DNA of 64,000 nucleotides from positions 3,474,472 through 3,538,471 of the forward strand of contig NZ_BLIZ01000001.1 in the NCBI RefSeq assembly GCF_019972315.1, read 5' to 3'. Source of the DNA: Geobacter sp. AOG1 (lineage in GTDB: Bacteria; Desulfobacterota; Desulfuromonadia; Geobacterales; Geobacteraceae). Position numbers and translations under genes: made by a program. The first letter of the stretch is position 1; each line of letters opens with the position of its first letter. Shown piece after piece: positions 23,350-33,864 of this stretch. Below the pieces are notes generated by a model. It was not told where the DNA came from, did no database searches, and worked only from the letters and a program-made list of their open reading frames with translations.

Positions 23350-24507
23350 TCAAGCAGGGGGGACCATTTCCTCCATCCGGCCGCCGGGGAGGAGACGGTA
23401 GAGGTGGCCGCGCCAGCGGACCCGGTTTCCCAGGAAGGCGAGCCCCCAGGTGGCAAAGGCGAGCCCGTCCCGGACCGGCAAGAGCCAGAGCCAGCGGGGA
23501 AGGATGCTATCCCGGAGGAAGGAACGGCTGTACATGGTCGCCACGGAGCAGCGGACCAGGTAGAGGAACCCGGCGGCGGCAAGGCCGGCAGGAGCGAAGC
23601 CGGCGATGAGGAGGGCAAGGCAGGCCGCCGGGAACGGCTGGGTGATGCCGGAGGCGAAGTAGCCACCGGGTCGGGAGACCCGCATGGTCCGGGCCCAGCG
23701 GAGCTGCCGGGACAGGATGTTTGCCAGGCTCTCCCGGTGCATGACGCTCTCCACGCAGTAATCCGAAAGTGCCAGCCGCCAGCCGGCACGGTGCACCTTG
23801 TTACCCAGCTGGTAGTCGTCCGCCAGGTAATCGACCAGCGCCCCGAACCCGCCGATGGACTCCAGTGCCTCCCGTCGTACCGCCATGGAGGCGCCAAGGG
23901 CGAAGGATAACCCTTCCAGTCGGAGGGCGACCATGACGTTGGGGACCATCTCGGCGGTGAACCCCATCGCCTCGATGGCACAGGCTCCCCCCTCGAAGCG
24001 GGAGGTGCGGTAGAGGGAGGTGACGAGGCCGACGGCGGGATCGGCAAAGGGGGCACAGACCTCCCGCAGGTAGCGCTCCCCCACCCGGATGTCGCTGTCG
24101 CAGACGATGATGAGGTCGTGCTTCGCCTTCGGAAAGGCGTTCATCAGGTTGCAGACCTTGTAGTTGGGGCCGTAGATGCGGTCGTTGATAACGAGTTCGA
24201 TGTCGTGGGAAGGATAGGTCGCCATCAGTTCCCGGATCACCGGGATCACCGGATCGCTCGCGGAGGCGCAGGCGAAGACGATCTGGTAGCAGGGGTAATC
24301 CTGGCGGCAGAAGGAGGCGAAATTCTCCAGGCTGTCGGCGTCCATCCCCTTCACCGGCTTCAGGATGGTGACCGGCGGGGCATGGTCGGCAGCCTCCCGG
24401 CTCCGGCCGAAGTACGCCCGACCGCACCAGAGCGCGATGAGGGCGTAGGCCAGGGGGGGAAGAATGATGAGAAATGGGAGAATGAAGCGGAGCACGGCAG
24501 GTCCCAA
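23350..24507 (-). CDS. GT2-family glycosyltransferase, ceramide glucosyltransferase-like (HpnI-like)
   Basis: 385 aa, N-terminal TM, ...ILKPVKGMD...DSD...QLRWARTMR... pattern of ceramide glucosyltransferase/HpnI. Confidence 0.75.
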   Translation of the reverse strand: MGPAVLRFILPFLIILPPLAYALIALWCGRAYFGRSREAADHAPPVTILKPVKGMDADSLENFASFCRQDYPCYQIVFACASASDPVIPVIRELMATYPSHDIELVINDRIYGPNYKVCNLMNAFPKAKHDLIIVCDSDIRVGERYLREVCAPFADPAVGLVTSLYRTSRFEGGACAIEAMGFTAEMVPNVMVALRLEGLSFALGASMAVRREALESIGGFGALVDYLADDYQLGNKVHRAGWRLALSDYCVESVMHRESLANILSRQLRWARTMRVSRPGGYFASGITQPFPAACLALLIAGFAPAGLAAAGFLYLVRCSVATMYSRSFLRDSILPRWLWLLPVRDGLAFATWGLAFLGNRVRWRGHLYRLLPGGRMEEMVPPA

Positions 24508-24574
24508 GGATTGATTTTCAGGCCGGATCGGTTCTGAAGGGGGATACTACGACAGGGGCGATGCCCGTGTAAAG

Positions 24575-25132
24575 TTATTTGCAGCAGGGAATGGAGGGAT
24601 TCGGGAGGAGAAGTTCCCAATACCCCACGTCGAGCCACTGGCCGAACTTCCAGCCGACCTCCCTGAAATGTGCAACCTTGACGAATCCCATGCGTTCATG
24701 CAGAGCCACACTCCCCTCGTTCGGCAGGCTGATCCCGGCAATGACTCCATGGATGGAGCGGCTGCGCAGCCCGGACAGCAGGGATTCATACAGCTGTCGC
24801 CCTATCCCCTTGCCGATACAGTTGGCATGGAGATACACACTGCTTTCCACCGAAAACCGATAGGCGCTGCGGCTCTTCCATCTGCTCGCATAGGCGTACC
24901 CGATGACATTTCCGTCTTCCTCCCACACATACCACGGCAAAGAAGCCGTCACTTCCGCGATACGGCCCCGCATCTCGTCGAGGGAAACGGGCTTTTCCTC
25001 GAAGGTGATCGTCGTGTTCAGAACGTAATGGTTGTATATGTCGCAAAGCGCCCCTGCATCTTCGATCGTTGCATTACGTATCAATGGTTTTCCTCCCGTC
25101 CGCACACTACTTCCCGCATTTCGTCGTGGCAT
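24575..25132 (-). CDS. GNAT-family N-acetyltransferase
   Basis: 185 aa; ...NCIGKGIGRQLYESLL... acetyl-CoA binding motif; 5' end overlaps next gene by 26 nt so true start uncertain. Confidence 0.75.
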   Translation of the reverse strand: MPRRNAGSSVRTGGKPLIRNATIEDAGALCDIYNHYVLNTTITFEEKPVSLDEMRGRIAEVTASLPWYVWEEDGNVIGYAYASRWKSRSAYRFSVESSVYLHANCIGKGIGRQLYESLLSGLRSRSIHGVIAGISLPNEGSVALHERMGFVKVAHFREVGWKFGQWLDVGYWELLLPNPSIPCCK

Positions 25133-25892
25133 CGACGACGGCCCCCGCCTGCTGCAGCTCGCTGCATTTCACCGGCGCGTCGATTTCCACCAGCCCTTTT
25201 GGCGGCTCGTATACCGTTATCTTGCCGCCAAGGGTTGCGCCGCGCAAATCCGCGCCACTGAAGTCCGCCTTGTTCAGTTTCGCTCCGGTCAGCTGGACAC
25301 CGTCGAGCAGTGCGCCCCGGAAATTGACCCCTTCGAGATTCGTGGCACTGAAATCCACACCGGTCAGGTCCGCATAGGAAAAATTCACGCCGGTCAGGAC
25401 GGCATCCTTCAGTTTCGCGTATTTCAGCTTCGCCGCGGCGAAGTTCGCCCCGGTCAGATTGGCACCCGCGAAATTCCCCTTGGATATGTCAGTTTTCCTC
25501 ATGTCGGCGTTGGACAGGTTCGCTCCCGCCAGGCGTGCATGGTGGATATAGGCGCCGCTGCACTTTGCCGCGGCCAGATCGGCCCTGTCGAAAACTATTT
25601 CATCAAGGCTCGCCTGTTCCATAACGGCGGCCGTCAGGATTGCCCCGGTCATGTCGCACTCGCCGCAATCCTCGATCCTGGCCCCGGCGAGGTCGGCGCC
25701 CGTGAACTTCGACCCATCCAGCTTGACCCCCCTGAAATCGACCCCTTTCAGGGCGGCATTCGTGAAATCGCACTCTTCGCACTCCTTCAAGGCACCGGCT
25801 TTTGCCCGCTCCACCAACACCGGGTCAAAGGCATAACCGGTCAGGGCCGCACTCAATGCGCAATAGACGACCGCAGCGATCACTTTGTTCAT
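25107..25892 (-). CDS. secreted pentapeptide-repeat protein
   Basis: Signal peptide MNKVIAAVVYCALSAALTGYA then many A(D/N)LxG pentapeptide repeats. Confidence 0.85.
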   Translation of the reverse strand: MNKVIAAVVYCALSAALTGYAFDPVLVERAKAGALKECEECDFTNAALKGVDFRGVKLDGSKFTGADLAGARIEDCGECDMTGAILTAAVMEQASLDEIVFDRADLAAAKCSGAYIHHARLAGANLSNADMRKTDISKGNFAGANLTGANFAAAKLKYAKLKDAVLTGVNFSYADLTGVDFSATNLEGVNFRGALLDGVQLTGAKLNKADFSGADLRGATLGGKITVYEPPKGLVEIDAPVKCSELQQAGAVVDATTKCGK

Positions 25893-25935
25893 GGTGGTAT
25901 CCCCCTTTTGGAACTGACTGAGTTGATGCAATTAC

Positions 25936-27561
25936 TCAAACCGGCAGCCGAATGCGGAAGCAGGCACCCGGTTCGCTCGGTTCAAGGCTGATCGTGCCGC
26001 CGTGGGCGGTTACGAGCGACTGCACGATGGAGAGCCCCAGACCGCTCCCGCCCCGGTCGCGGGCGGTGGTGAAAAAGGGACGGAATATCCGTTCCCGGTT
26101 TCCGTCGGAAATGCCGGGACCACTGTCCCGAACCAGCAGCTCCAGCATCCTGCCGGCGTCCGCTTCCGCGACAGCAATGGTCACCTCCACTCCGTCCCCC
26201 CCGTGTTGGCGGGCATTGTCGAGCAGGTTCGAGATGATCGATTCAACGGTTTCCCGGCCCATATGGACCCTGGTTACCGCCGACCGGTAGTCGATTGAAA
26301 CCCTGACGCCCGCCTTGGCAAAGCGATCTGCCAGTGTGTCCAGCACGTCGGTGAGCGCTGTTTGCTCATCGCCCGACGTGAGCGTGTCCGCCCGAGCCAG
26401 GTCGAGGAGCCTTCGCACCAGCCGGTCGAGGCGCTCGGTGTCGTCGGCAATGATCTGGAGAAAGCGGCTCCGTTCGGCCGGACTCATCTCCACCAGGTGG
26501 TCCTGGAGAAGTTCCACGGTGCCCCTGATGGAGGTCAGCGGGGTCTTGAACTCGTGGGACACGTTGGCGGCAAAGGTGCGGATATAGTCGGCCCGCTCTT
26601 CGAGGGTTTTCGCCATCGTGGAAACTGCCTGGGAGAGCAGCTCTATCTCATGGGTACCAGGATTTTCCAGAGGAGCGGCAGCTCCTTTCTCCCCACGCAC
26701 GATCCGTTCCGCCTGGCGGATAAGTGCCGTGAGCGGTCGATTGATGGTTATGGATGTGAAGAGCGTAAGAAGGACAACGACGGAGACGAGCACTGCCATG
26801 GCGATACCGACCTGCTTTTGCACCATGAAGAGGGCCTTGCGGATGTCGAGCGGGGTTCTGGAGAGAATCGTCGCCCCCACTACCCGCCCCTCGTGAATGA
26901 TCGGCATACCGACGAAGACGCGCACCGTTTTCCCGCGGCTGATGGAGGAGACGGGAGGGACCGCCTTGTCGGAAAGACGCTGGCGCAGGAGGCTGACATA
27001 TTCGCCGGTGAGGGCACGGGAGGTCTCTTCCCGGTTCAGCAGCGAAAGCCCCATTTCCTCACTGGTACTGGCAACCACCTTGCCGTTGAAATCCACCACG
27101 CGGATGCCGACAAGGGTGACATCCTTCGTGGCGAGGAGGAGTGGGGCGATCCCTTTGCCAGCCTGGACGGCCAGGGGATCGGGAGGGGTCGCCGGTGGCA
27201 GGGGGGGAGGTGCCGGCGGCCTGATGGTCTCCCCCGCTAAGTTGAGTCTCGCCAGGGTCGGGTGGTATTTTTGCGCCGGGCCGTCATCCGTCACAGGTCG
27301 AGCCGTTACGGGGAGGCCGTACTCCCGGCTGCCGGCCCCCCCCTTTGGGGAGCGGACACCATCCCCGGGAGAGAGCTGGCGGATAAGTTCCTCGCGATAT
27401 GCCGCGCCGACCAGGGTTCCCTGGGCAATCAACTCCGATTCGGTACGGCGGACCAGTTCGCTCTCATAGAGCCGCAGAGCGCCAATCCCCCCCAGGGGCA
27501 GGAGCAGGATGACCAGGTTGATTATGAGGAGGACCGTCCGCAGACGGGGTTTCCAGCGCAT
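25936..27561 (-). CDS. sensor histidine kinase (two TM, HAMP, HisKA, HATPase_c)
   Basis: 541 aa; ...ANVSHEFKTPLTSI... H-box and C-terminal G-boxes (DSGPGI, GGSGLGLSIV). Confidence 0.9.
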   Translation of the reverse strand: MRWKPRLRTVLLIINLVILLLPLGGIGALRLYESELVRRTESELIAQGTLVGAAYREELIRQLSPGDGVRSPKGGAGSREYGLPVTARPVTDDGPAQKYHPTLARLNLAGETIRPPAPPPLPPATPPDPLAVQAGKGIAPLLLATKDVTLVGIRVVDFNGKVVASTSEEMGLSLLNREETSRALTGEYVSLLRQRLSDKAVPPVSSISRGKTVRVFVGMPIIHEGRVVGATILSRTPLDIRKALFMVQKQVGIAMAVLVSVVVLLTLFTSITINRPLTALIRQAERIVRGEKGAAAPLENPGTHEIELLSQAVSTMAKTLEERADYIRTFAANVSHEFKTPLTSIRGTVELLQDHLVEMSPAERSRFLQIIADDTERLDRLVRRLLDLARADTLTSGDEQTALTDVLDTLADRFAKAGVRVSIDYRSAVTRVHMGRETVESIISNLLDNARQHGGDGVEVTIAVAEADAGRMLELLVRDSGPGISDGNRERIFRPFFTTARDRGGSGLGLSIVQSLVTAHGGTISLEPSEPGACFRIRLPV

Positions 27562-27570
27562 AATGGCTCT

Positions 27571-28278
27571 CTATCGGCACGGGCCGAGCTTGTAACCGAC
27601 ACCGTGGACGGTCTCGACGGGATCGCCGCCCGCATCATTGAACTTGCGCCGTATCCGCCGCACATGGCTGTCGATGGTGCGGTCGGTGATATACGTATCA
27701 TTACTGTATGCGCCGGCGATCAGTTCATCGCGCGTGAAGACTTTCCCGGGATAACCGAGGAGCGTCCGGAGGATGCCGAACTCGGTCACGGTCAGCACCA
27801 CCTGGCATTCGCCCCAGAAGGCCTGAAACCGGTCGGTATCGATGACAAGCCGGCCGTACGTGACCGTCCCTGCCGGCTGAGGCGATGCAACGGATGACAC
27901 CGCTGCTGCGGCCCAGCGCCTCAGGACTGCCCGTACCCGCGCCACCAGTTCGCGAGGGCTGAACGGTTTGCTCACATAATCGTCTCCCCCCAGTTCCAAT
28001 CCGATGATGCGGTCGATCTCATCGTCCTTGGACGATAGGAATACTATCGGCACGGAGGAAATGGCCCGGATGGACCGGCAGACATCGGTGCCGTCCATCT
28101 CCTTCATCATGACGTCGAGGATGATCAGATCGGGCTTGAGTTCATGAAACCGCGTCAGGGCTTCCCGACCATCGCCGGCTTCGGCCGTGCGAAAGCCCCC
28201 CTTCTCCAGGGCAAACCTGACTACTTCGAGAATATGCGGGTCGTCGTCCACGACAAGGATCAACTGTTCCTGCGCCAT
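27571..28278 (-). CDS. OmpR-family DNA-binding response regulator
   Basis: 235 aa; receiver (DDDPHILE...DVMM) plus winged-helix C-terminus (VHGVGYKL); 10 nt downstream of the kinase start. Confidence 0.92.
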   Translation of the reverse strand: MAQEQLILVVDDDPHILEVVRFALEKGGFRTAEAGDGREALTRFHELKPDLIILDVMMKEMDGTDVCRSIRAISSVPIVFLSSKDDEIDRIIGLELGGDDYVSKPFSPRELVARVRAVLRRWAAAAVSSVASPQPAGTVTYGRLVIDTDRFQAFWGECQVVLTVTEFGILRTLLGYPGKVFTRDELIAGAYSNDTYITDRTIDSHVRRIRRKFNDAGGDPVETVHGVGYKLGPCR

Positions 28279-28469
28279 ACCTTTCCCTTCATGCGTTCAT
28301 CGTGCCGTGAGTGAGTCTCCCCCGGGGCAACGGATTGCCTTGCACCATTTCTGCACCAAAATTTCATCACTATTCCTTCTTCCCGCCGCAACAGCGTCAC
28401 ATGGTTCCGCTATACCTTTATCCACGCCATGGCCGCTTCTGCCAAATATATGGCTACGGAGAAATCTGC

Positions 28470-29954
28470 ATGGGAACAACGGAACAGCGAATACTGGGCA
28501 TTGCCGGAGCCGGCCTCATCCTGGGTATACTCGGCGACCTTCTCCTGAGAACCGCGCCATGGGGGATCAACGTCATGCTCTGGACCGGGGCATTTCTCGG
28601 TGCAGCGGCTGTCCTGATCCGCTGGCAGGGGATACGTGTCGCACCTGAAACCTTCTGGCTCTCCCTGCCGGTCGTCTTATTCTCCGCCGCAATCGCCTGG
28701 CGCGATTCCAACACCCTCAAGCTCCTGAACGTCACGGCAATCTGCGTGGCGTTCGCGCTGGCCGCACTCCGCAGTCAAAGCGGACGGCTTGTCTTCGGCG
28801 GAGTGCTGGAATATTCAATCGGGCTCTTGGGTGCCCTGCTCCGGGCGATTCCCGGATTCGCCGCCGGAATGAACGGGGTGTGCAGCCGGCTGTCCCTGAC
28901 CAAGGGGTTCCCCAAGGGCAAAACCATGGCGGTTGGCCGGGGGATTCTCATCGCCATCCCCTTGCTGCTCCTGTTCGGGAAACTGCTGACCGACGCGGAT
29001 GCCTCCTTCGAACAACTCGTCAGGGAGCTCTTAACCTGGGATTTCCCCAGCCTCTTTCTCCATCTTGGCTGGATCACACTCTGCGGTGCAATCGGCTGCG
29101 GAATCCTGTACCGGATCCTGCTGGCGAACGACATCCCCGACCCCTTGCCCGAGCGTCCCTCATTCCTGTCCCTCGGCGTCATCGAAGCCGGCGTGGTGCT
29201 CATCACGCTCAATCTGCTCTTTTCAGGATTCATCGCCGCGCAATTCGGCTATTTTTTCGGTGGCGCCGACGTGGCGGCAAGCTCGCACGCATTGTCCATC
29301 GCAGACTACGCCCGGCGCGGCTTTTTCGAACTGGTCGCCGTGACGCTCCTCGTGCTTCCTCTGCTCCTCTCCATGCACTGGCTGTTCCGCATCGAATCCG
29401 CCCGAGACAACCGGACCTTCGGCATCTTGTCCGGCCTGCTGGTGGCCATGCTTTTCGTTGTCATGACATCAGCCCTCCACCGCATGTTCCTGTATCAAGA
29501 CATGTATGGTCTGACGGAACTGCGCCTCTATACGACGGTCTTCATGGGGTGGCTCGCCCTGCTCTTCGTCTGGTTCCTTCTGACCGTGCTGCGCGGCAAG
29601 CGGGAACGGTTTGCCTTCGGAGCGGTGGCTGCCGGTCTCGCGCTCCTTGCGATGCTCAACATCATCAATCCCGACGGGCTGATCGTCCTGATAAACACCG
29701 GCCGGGCTTCCAGCGGAAAAGATGTGGACATCTGCTACCTGGCCACACTCAGCGACGACGCGCTCCCTGGGCTCATCGGTGCACTCCCCCGAGCTAAACA
29801 GCCGACCCGTAGCTACCTGTCGCAGAAACTGCTCGCGTCTCTCCCGGAAAGGCAGTCTGCAGACTGGCGCGGCTGGAACTGGGGGGCCGGCCGGGCGATG
29901 AAGGAGATCAGGAGACGCCAGATAGAACTGATGAGGATGGTGAGTACGCCATGA
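28470..29954 (+). CDS. DUF4153/DUF4173-family polytopic membrane protein
   Basis: ~494 aa, >10 predicted TM helices; start at ATG 28470 after GGAGAAAT; divergent from the two-component pair. Confidence 0.7.
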   Translation: MGTTEQRILGIAGAGLILGILGDLLLRTAPWGINVMLWTGAFLGAAAVLIRWQGIRVAPETFWLSLPVVLFSAAIAWRDSNTLKLLNVTAICVAFALAALRSQSGRLVFGGVLEYSIGLLGALLRAIPGFAAGMNGVCSRLSLTKGFPKGKTMAVGRGILIAIPLLLLFGKLLTDADASFEQLVRELLTWDFPSLFLHLGWITLCGAIGCGILYRILLANDIPDPLPERPSFLSLGVIEAGVVLITLNLLFSGFIAAQFGYFFGGADVAASSHALSIADYARRGFFELVAVTLLVLPLLLSMHWLFRIESARDNRTFGILSGLLVAMLFVVMTSALHRMFLYQDMYGLTELRLYTTVFMGWLALLFVWFLLTVLRGKRERFAFGAVAAGLALLAMLNIINPDGLIVLINTGRASSGKDVDICYLATLSDDALPGLIGALPRAKQPTRSYLSQKLLASLPERQSADWRGWNWGAGRAMKEIRRRQIELMRMVSTP

Positions 29955-29983
29955 CCCTCATCTCGTCAAGGTCAGGTCCTCTC

Positions 29984-30718
29984 TCACTCGGCGCTAAACT
30001 TCTGCTGCATCTCCCTGAAACCGAGGAGTGCCGCCTTGTCAGGCAGGTATGGCGTGATAACCAACTTGTCTTTTGCCCACTCAAGCTTATAGGCGTTTCC
30101 CGATTTGGTCAGGCCCCAGCCTATTTCCCATACCGCCTTGCGTTTGCCGAGTGCCGAGTCCAATTCCTTCTTGAAACCTCTCACGATTCCCGCTTCGGCA
30201 CCCCACCTGTTGTTTTCTTTTATCCAGGAGAGCGCTTTCTCGTAGGCCGCATTTTTCGAGAGCTTGGCGCAGGCCTGTTTAGTACCGGCCGGCGCGGTTA
30301 CCCGCCTGATAAACATGGGAACCGGTTTGTCGGTCACGCGCGCGATGACGACGTAGTCGGCCTTTTTGGGGTCGTCTTTGGGGCTGTATCGGCAAAAGGC
30401 CTGCGCAGCATTTTGAATGCAGGCGATATCGGCATGTTCCCGCCAGTCCTCGGGAAAGTACGTTTCAAGTTCGGCCTGGGTCGTAGTCGTGTACTCACAG
30501 CCGCTGTCGCAGCTGATGTTTTTCCATGTGCCACGCGGTTCCTTGCCTTCCATCACCCATTTACCGTCCGTCTTGCTCAGGCGATAGAACAGGTCGGTTG
30601 CCTTTTTGTCCTTGTCCAGCAGGACAAACGTACCGGCGTCAGATTCGGTAATTTCAGCCGCCATGACCGGGCTAGTGCCGAGCAGAAGCAACGACAATGT
30701 TGCCAAGAGTAACTTCAT
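29984..30718 (-). CDS. hypothetical secreted protein (signal peptide)
   Basis: 244 aa MKLLLATLSLLLLGTSPVMAAE...; no recognizable domain; last gene of the minus-strand flotillin operon. Confidence 0.6.
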   Translation of the reverse strand: MKLLLATLSLLLLGTSPVMAAEITESDAGTFVLLDKDKKATDLFYRLSKTDGKWVMEGKEPRGTWKNISCDSGCEYTTTTQAELETYFPEDWREHADIACIQNAAQAFCRYSPKDDPKKADYVVIARVTDKPVPMFIRRVTAPAGTKQACAKLSKNAAYEKALSWIKENNRWGAEAGIVRGFKKELDSALGKRKAVWEIGWGLTKSGNAYKLEWAKDKLVITPYLPDKAALLGFREMQQKFSAE

Positions 30719-30742
30719 CTAGTGAGTCTCCTAACTACAGGA

Positions 30743-33259
30743 TTATGACCGCACCGCTTCCGGATGCGTCGCCGGTACCGCGGGGGCCGGCTTGTTCAGG
30801 AGTGCGGGAATGTCGATCCCGGGGAGGAGCTTCGCCAACGTCCCCATCAGCCCGTCGGCAGCATTGCCACCACCCGTGACCAACACATCCGGGACGATCT
30901 TGATGCTGCCGTTCTGGATGGCAGCCGCTATAAGTTCCACGATCTTGATCTGCTTGATGGCCTCTTCGCCGATCGCCTCCTGCTGCTTGTTGTAGGCCTG
31001 GGCGGTCGCTTCACCGATGGCGGCGATCTTGGATGCCTCGCCGTCGCCGATGGCCTTCAGCCGCTTCCCTTCGCCGGTACCCTCAAGCGCCTTAGCCTCC
31101 GCCGAACCTTCGGCAAGGGTGATCATCTCGGTCTTCTTCTGGGTCGCCACCTTCACGGCGATTTCCGAGGCCACCAGGGTCGGCTGCTGGTCGGCGGTGG
31201 CGCGCATCTTCTCCATCTCGGTCCGTTCCGCCTGGGACTTCTGCTCCATCTTGTACATCTCCTGCTGCTGCTCGGCGATGATCCGCTTGGTCTGGGTCTG
31301 CATCAGGTCTTCGGGGAGCTTGATCTGGCAGATCAGGACCGACACGCACTCCACGTGATATTTCTCCAGGTCGATGCGGGCACGGGTTTCGGCCTTGGTC
31401 TGCTCTTCCGAGCGGCTCTGGAGAAAGTTCATCGCCGAGGCGGTGGAGGCCTGGTTCCGGAACGACGAGTCGATCATCGGATGGATGACGTGCTGGATCA
31501 GGTTGTCGATGGAGCCGACTTTGGCCACCATGTAGGGTGCCTGGTCCGGCCGGACGCGGATGACCACCTTGACCGCGACCTGGATCGGGAAACCGTCCTT
31601 GGAGATGACCGTCAACTGGTCGAAGCGGGTGTCCTCCTGGTCGTCCCAGTCGATGGTGATGTTGGTGGTGTCGATGATATAGGCCATGAAGGCCCGCCGG
31701 TTGAGGTAATAGCGCCCCGGACCGGCCACTTCTTCCTGGATGCCGCGGTAGCCTTTGGGCACCACGTACTTCTCTTTTCCCTCTTCTATGGAAGCCCCGT
31801 TCTGGGACGATCCCAGGCGTTTCTTCATCTCCTCCGTCGGGTCCTCGCCGACGTTCGACACGATGACCCCGACCTGTCCCCGCTCGACGACGGCAACATC
31901 ATCGGTTTCCACGCTGAACATGAACGGGTTGATGTAATAGGTTCCCGGCCGGAGCACGTCCAGCTGCGGACCGCGCTGTCCCTGCTTGGTCAGGAAGGCG
32001 GAGCCGTCCTGGTAATCGTTATGACCGGTGACGGGACTGGCCACGTATTCCCGTTCCGGCAGCGGGATGCCGTCCAGGGCGGTCACCAGCCCGATCTTGT
32101 TGGCCTCGACGACCACCGCGGGGGCGATCTGGATCTGGAACAGGTTCAGGTTGATCCGGTAGGTGCCGGGGAGCAGCACGTCGATCTGCGGCCCCTTCTG
32201 CCCGCCGTTTTTCAGGAACGACTCACCGTTCTCGTAATTGGAGTGCCCCGGCACGCTCTGCGCCAGGAGCCGCCCCATGGGGATGGGGGCGCCGTCCTGG
32301 GCGGTGACCATTCCCACCTCCCCCTTGGCGATCACCACGGCCGCGGCCTTGGTGATCTTGAACAGGTTCGGATGGATACGGTAGACACCCGGCGGCAGGA
32401 TCTCCGTCTGCGGCCCCTTCTGCCCGCCGTTCTTGATGAAATCCTGGCCGGACTGGAAGGAGTTGTGCCCCGGTACCACATTGGCAAAAATGCGCCCGGC
32501 CGGGATGGCCGAACCGTCGGCGGATTCGACCATGCCGATCTCCCCTTCGCTGATCTTGGTGGCCGAGCTCTTGGTCACCTTGAACAGGTAGGGATTGATG
32601 CGGTAGTTCCCCGGCGGGATGATCTCGATCTGCGGTCCCTTCTGGCCGCCGTTCCCGATGAAGGCTTCACCGTTCTGGAAAGATGAATGCCCCTCCACCG
32701 CCTGGGCGAAGATCTTCCCTTCCGGGATGGCGGCGCCGTCCACCGACTCCACGATGCCGATCTCGAAATCCTTGATCTCGGTAACTTCCCCCTTGGTCAG
32801 CTTGAACAGGTAGGGGTTGATCCGGTACTTGCCCGGAGGGAGCACCTCGATCTGCGGCCCCTTCTGGCCGCCGTTCTTGATGAACGCCTCGCCGTCCTGG
32901 AAGGAATTGTGGCCGGCCACCACCGCGGCAAAGATCCTCCCGGCCGGGATGGACGAGCCATCCACCGACTCGATGAGGCCGATCTCGTTTTCCAGTATCT
33001 CGGTAAAAACGCTCTTGGTCGCCTTGTAGATGAACGGGATCAGGAAGTGCAGGCCGGGGCCCAGCGTCCGGGCCTGGATACCGACTTCGTTCCCCAGCGC
33101 CACGACCCGCCCCTGGGGCATCTTGCTGCCGAACCACCGGCGCTCGATCAGGGCAATCTCGTTCCCCCCCACAATGACAACGGATGCATACAGCAGGACG
33201 GCTGCGGGAACCAGCAGGGCGAAATACCCCCAATGCTTGACTACAAAATCGAGAACCAT
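30743..33259 (-). CDS. flotillin/YqiK-like SPFH protein with seven tandem ~74-aa N-terminal repeats
   Basis: 838 aa; N-terminal TM; repeats ...IPxGRIFAxxVxGHxxFQxGExFIKNGGQKGPQIEVLPPGxYRINPYLFKxTK...; then flotillin-like region with EA-rich coiled coil (…AEQQQEMYKMEQKSQAERTEMEKMRA…). Confidence 0.8.
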   Translation of the reverse strand: MVLDFVVKHWGYFALLVPAAVLLYASVVIVGGNEIALIERRWFGSKMPQGRVVALGNEVGIQARTLGPGLHFLIPFIYKATKSVFTEILENEIGLIESVDGSSIPAGRIFAAVVAGHNSFQDGEAFIKNGGQKGPQIEVLPPGKYRINPYLFKLTKGEVTEIKDFEIGIVESVDGAAIPEGKIFAQAVEGHSSFQNGEAFIGNGGQKGPQIEIIPPGNYRINPYLFKVTKSSATKISEGEIGMVESADGSAIPAGRIFANVVPGHNSFQSGQDFIKNGGQKGPQTEILPPGVYRIHPNLFKITKAAAVVIAKGEVGMVTAQDGAPIPMGRLLAQSVPGHSNYENGESFLKNGGQKGPQIDVLLPGTYRINLNLFQIQIAPAVVVEANKIGLVTALDGIPLPEREYVASPVTGHNDYQDGSAFLTKQGQRGPQLDVLRPGTYYINPFMFSVETDDVAVVERGQVGVIVSNVGEDPTEEMKKRLGSSQNGASIEEGKEKYVVPKGYRGIQEEVAGPGRYYLNRRAFMAYIIDTTNITIDWDDQEDTRFDQLTVISKDGFPIQVAVKVVIRVRPDQAPYMVAKVGSIDNLIQHVIHPMIDSSFRNQASTASAMNFLQSRSEEQTKAETRARIDLEKYHVECVSVLICQIKLPEDLMQTQTKRIIAEQQQEMYKMEQKSQAERTEMEKMRATADQQPTLVASEIAVKVATQKKTEMITLAEGSAEAKALEGTGEGKRLKAIGDGEASKIAAIGEATAQAYNKQQEAIGEEAIKQIKIVELIAAAIQNGSIKIVPDVLVTGGGNAADGLMGTLAKLLPGIDIPALLNKPAPAVPATHPEAVRS

Positions 33260-33313
33260 GCCCTCTCCTTTCGTGGTGCCATAGAAATTAACATGAACAT
33301 AAAAAACGGGTCG

Positions 33314-33847
33314 TCACTCAGGGTCACCGGCATCGAAAGGAATCTTTTCTCCGCCCAGTAACCGCTCTATCTCCCCCACCTTGGCGCCGCCGACCTTCAC
33401 CCCGTTGATGACGTAAGTCGGCGTGCCGACTGCTCCAAGCCTTGCCGCGATGTCCCGGTGCAGATCCTGCACCCCCTTGACGTCGCACGACCGGTCAGCC
33501 GCCTTCTCGTCGAAATCGAGCTTGCCGGCGTACACCTCCCGGTAGGCGGCCGCCCGGTCCGGGGCGCAAAGGATATAGCGCACCTTCTCCGCCGCGTCGG
33601 GGTGGTTCTTCAGGGCGACCAGGAAGACATACCGGGTGACATCCCGCCGCAGGTCCCAGTAGCGGACCATCCGGCGACTGAACCGGCAGTCCGGGTCGGA
33701 AACCTCGATCACCACCTGCCGGCCGGTGCCGATCCGGATCGCCTTGTCGAGCGGGACACCCGTGAGCCAGGCCGCGTCGGTATCGGCCGCGAACAGCAGC
33801 GATGGCAGGCAGACCAGGATGCAGAGTGCAAGCAGGAAACGTGACAT
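33314..33847 (-). CDS. DsbA/thioredoxin-fold-like periplasmic protein
   Basis: Signal peptide MSRFLLALCILVCLPSLLFAAD; start at ATG 33847 (track ORF extends 51 codons upstream with no signal peptide); thioredoxin-like spacing of Cys. Confidence 0.55.
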   Translation of the reverse strand: MSRFLLALCILVCLPSLLFAADTDAAWLTGVPLDKAIRIGTGRQVVIEVSDPDCRFSRRMVRYWDLRRDVTRYVFLVALKNHPDAAEKVRYILCAPDRAAAYREVYAGKLDFDEKAADRSCDVKGVQDLHRDIAARLGAVGTPTYVINGVKVGGAKVGEIERLLGGEKIPFDAGDPE

Positions 33848-33864
33848 AGTATGCCTTTTTTCAA

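Noticed and set aside
22526-23910. 260-aa and 337-aa ORFs overlapping msrA and the GT2 gene
   Set aside because: Overlap conserved genes on the opposite strand or frame. No domains.
30764-32686. 640-aa plus-strand ORF opposite the flotillin-like gene
   Set aside because: Antisense of a gene with clear band-7/flotillin similarity. His/Leu/Gly-rich nonsense.
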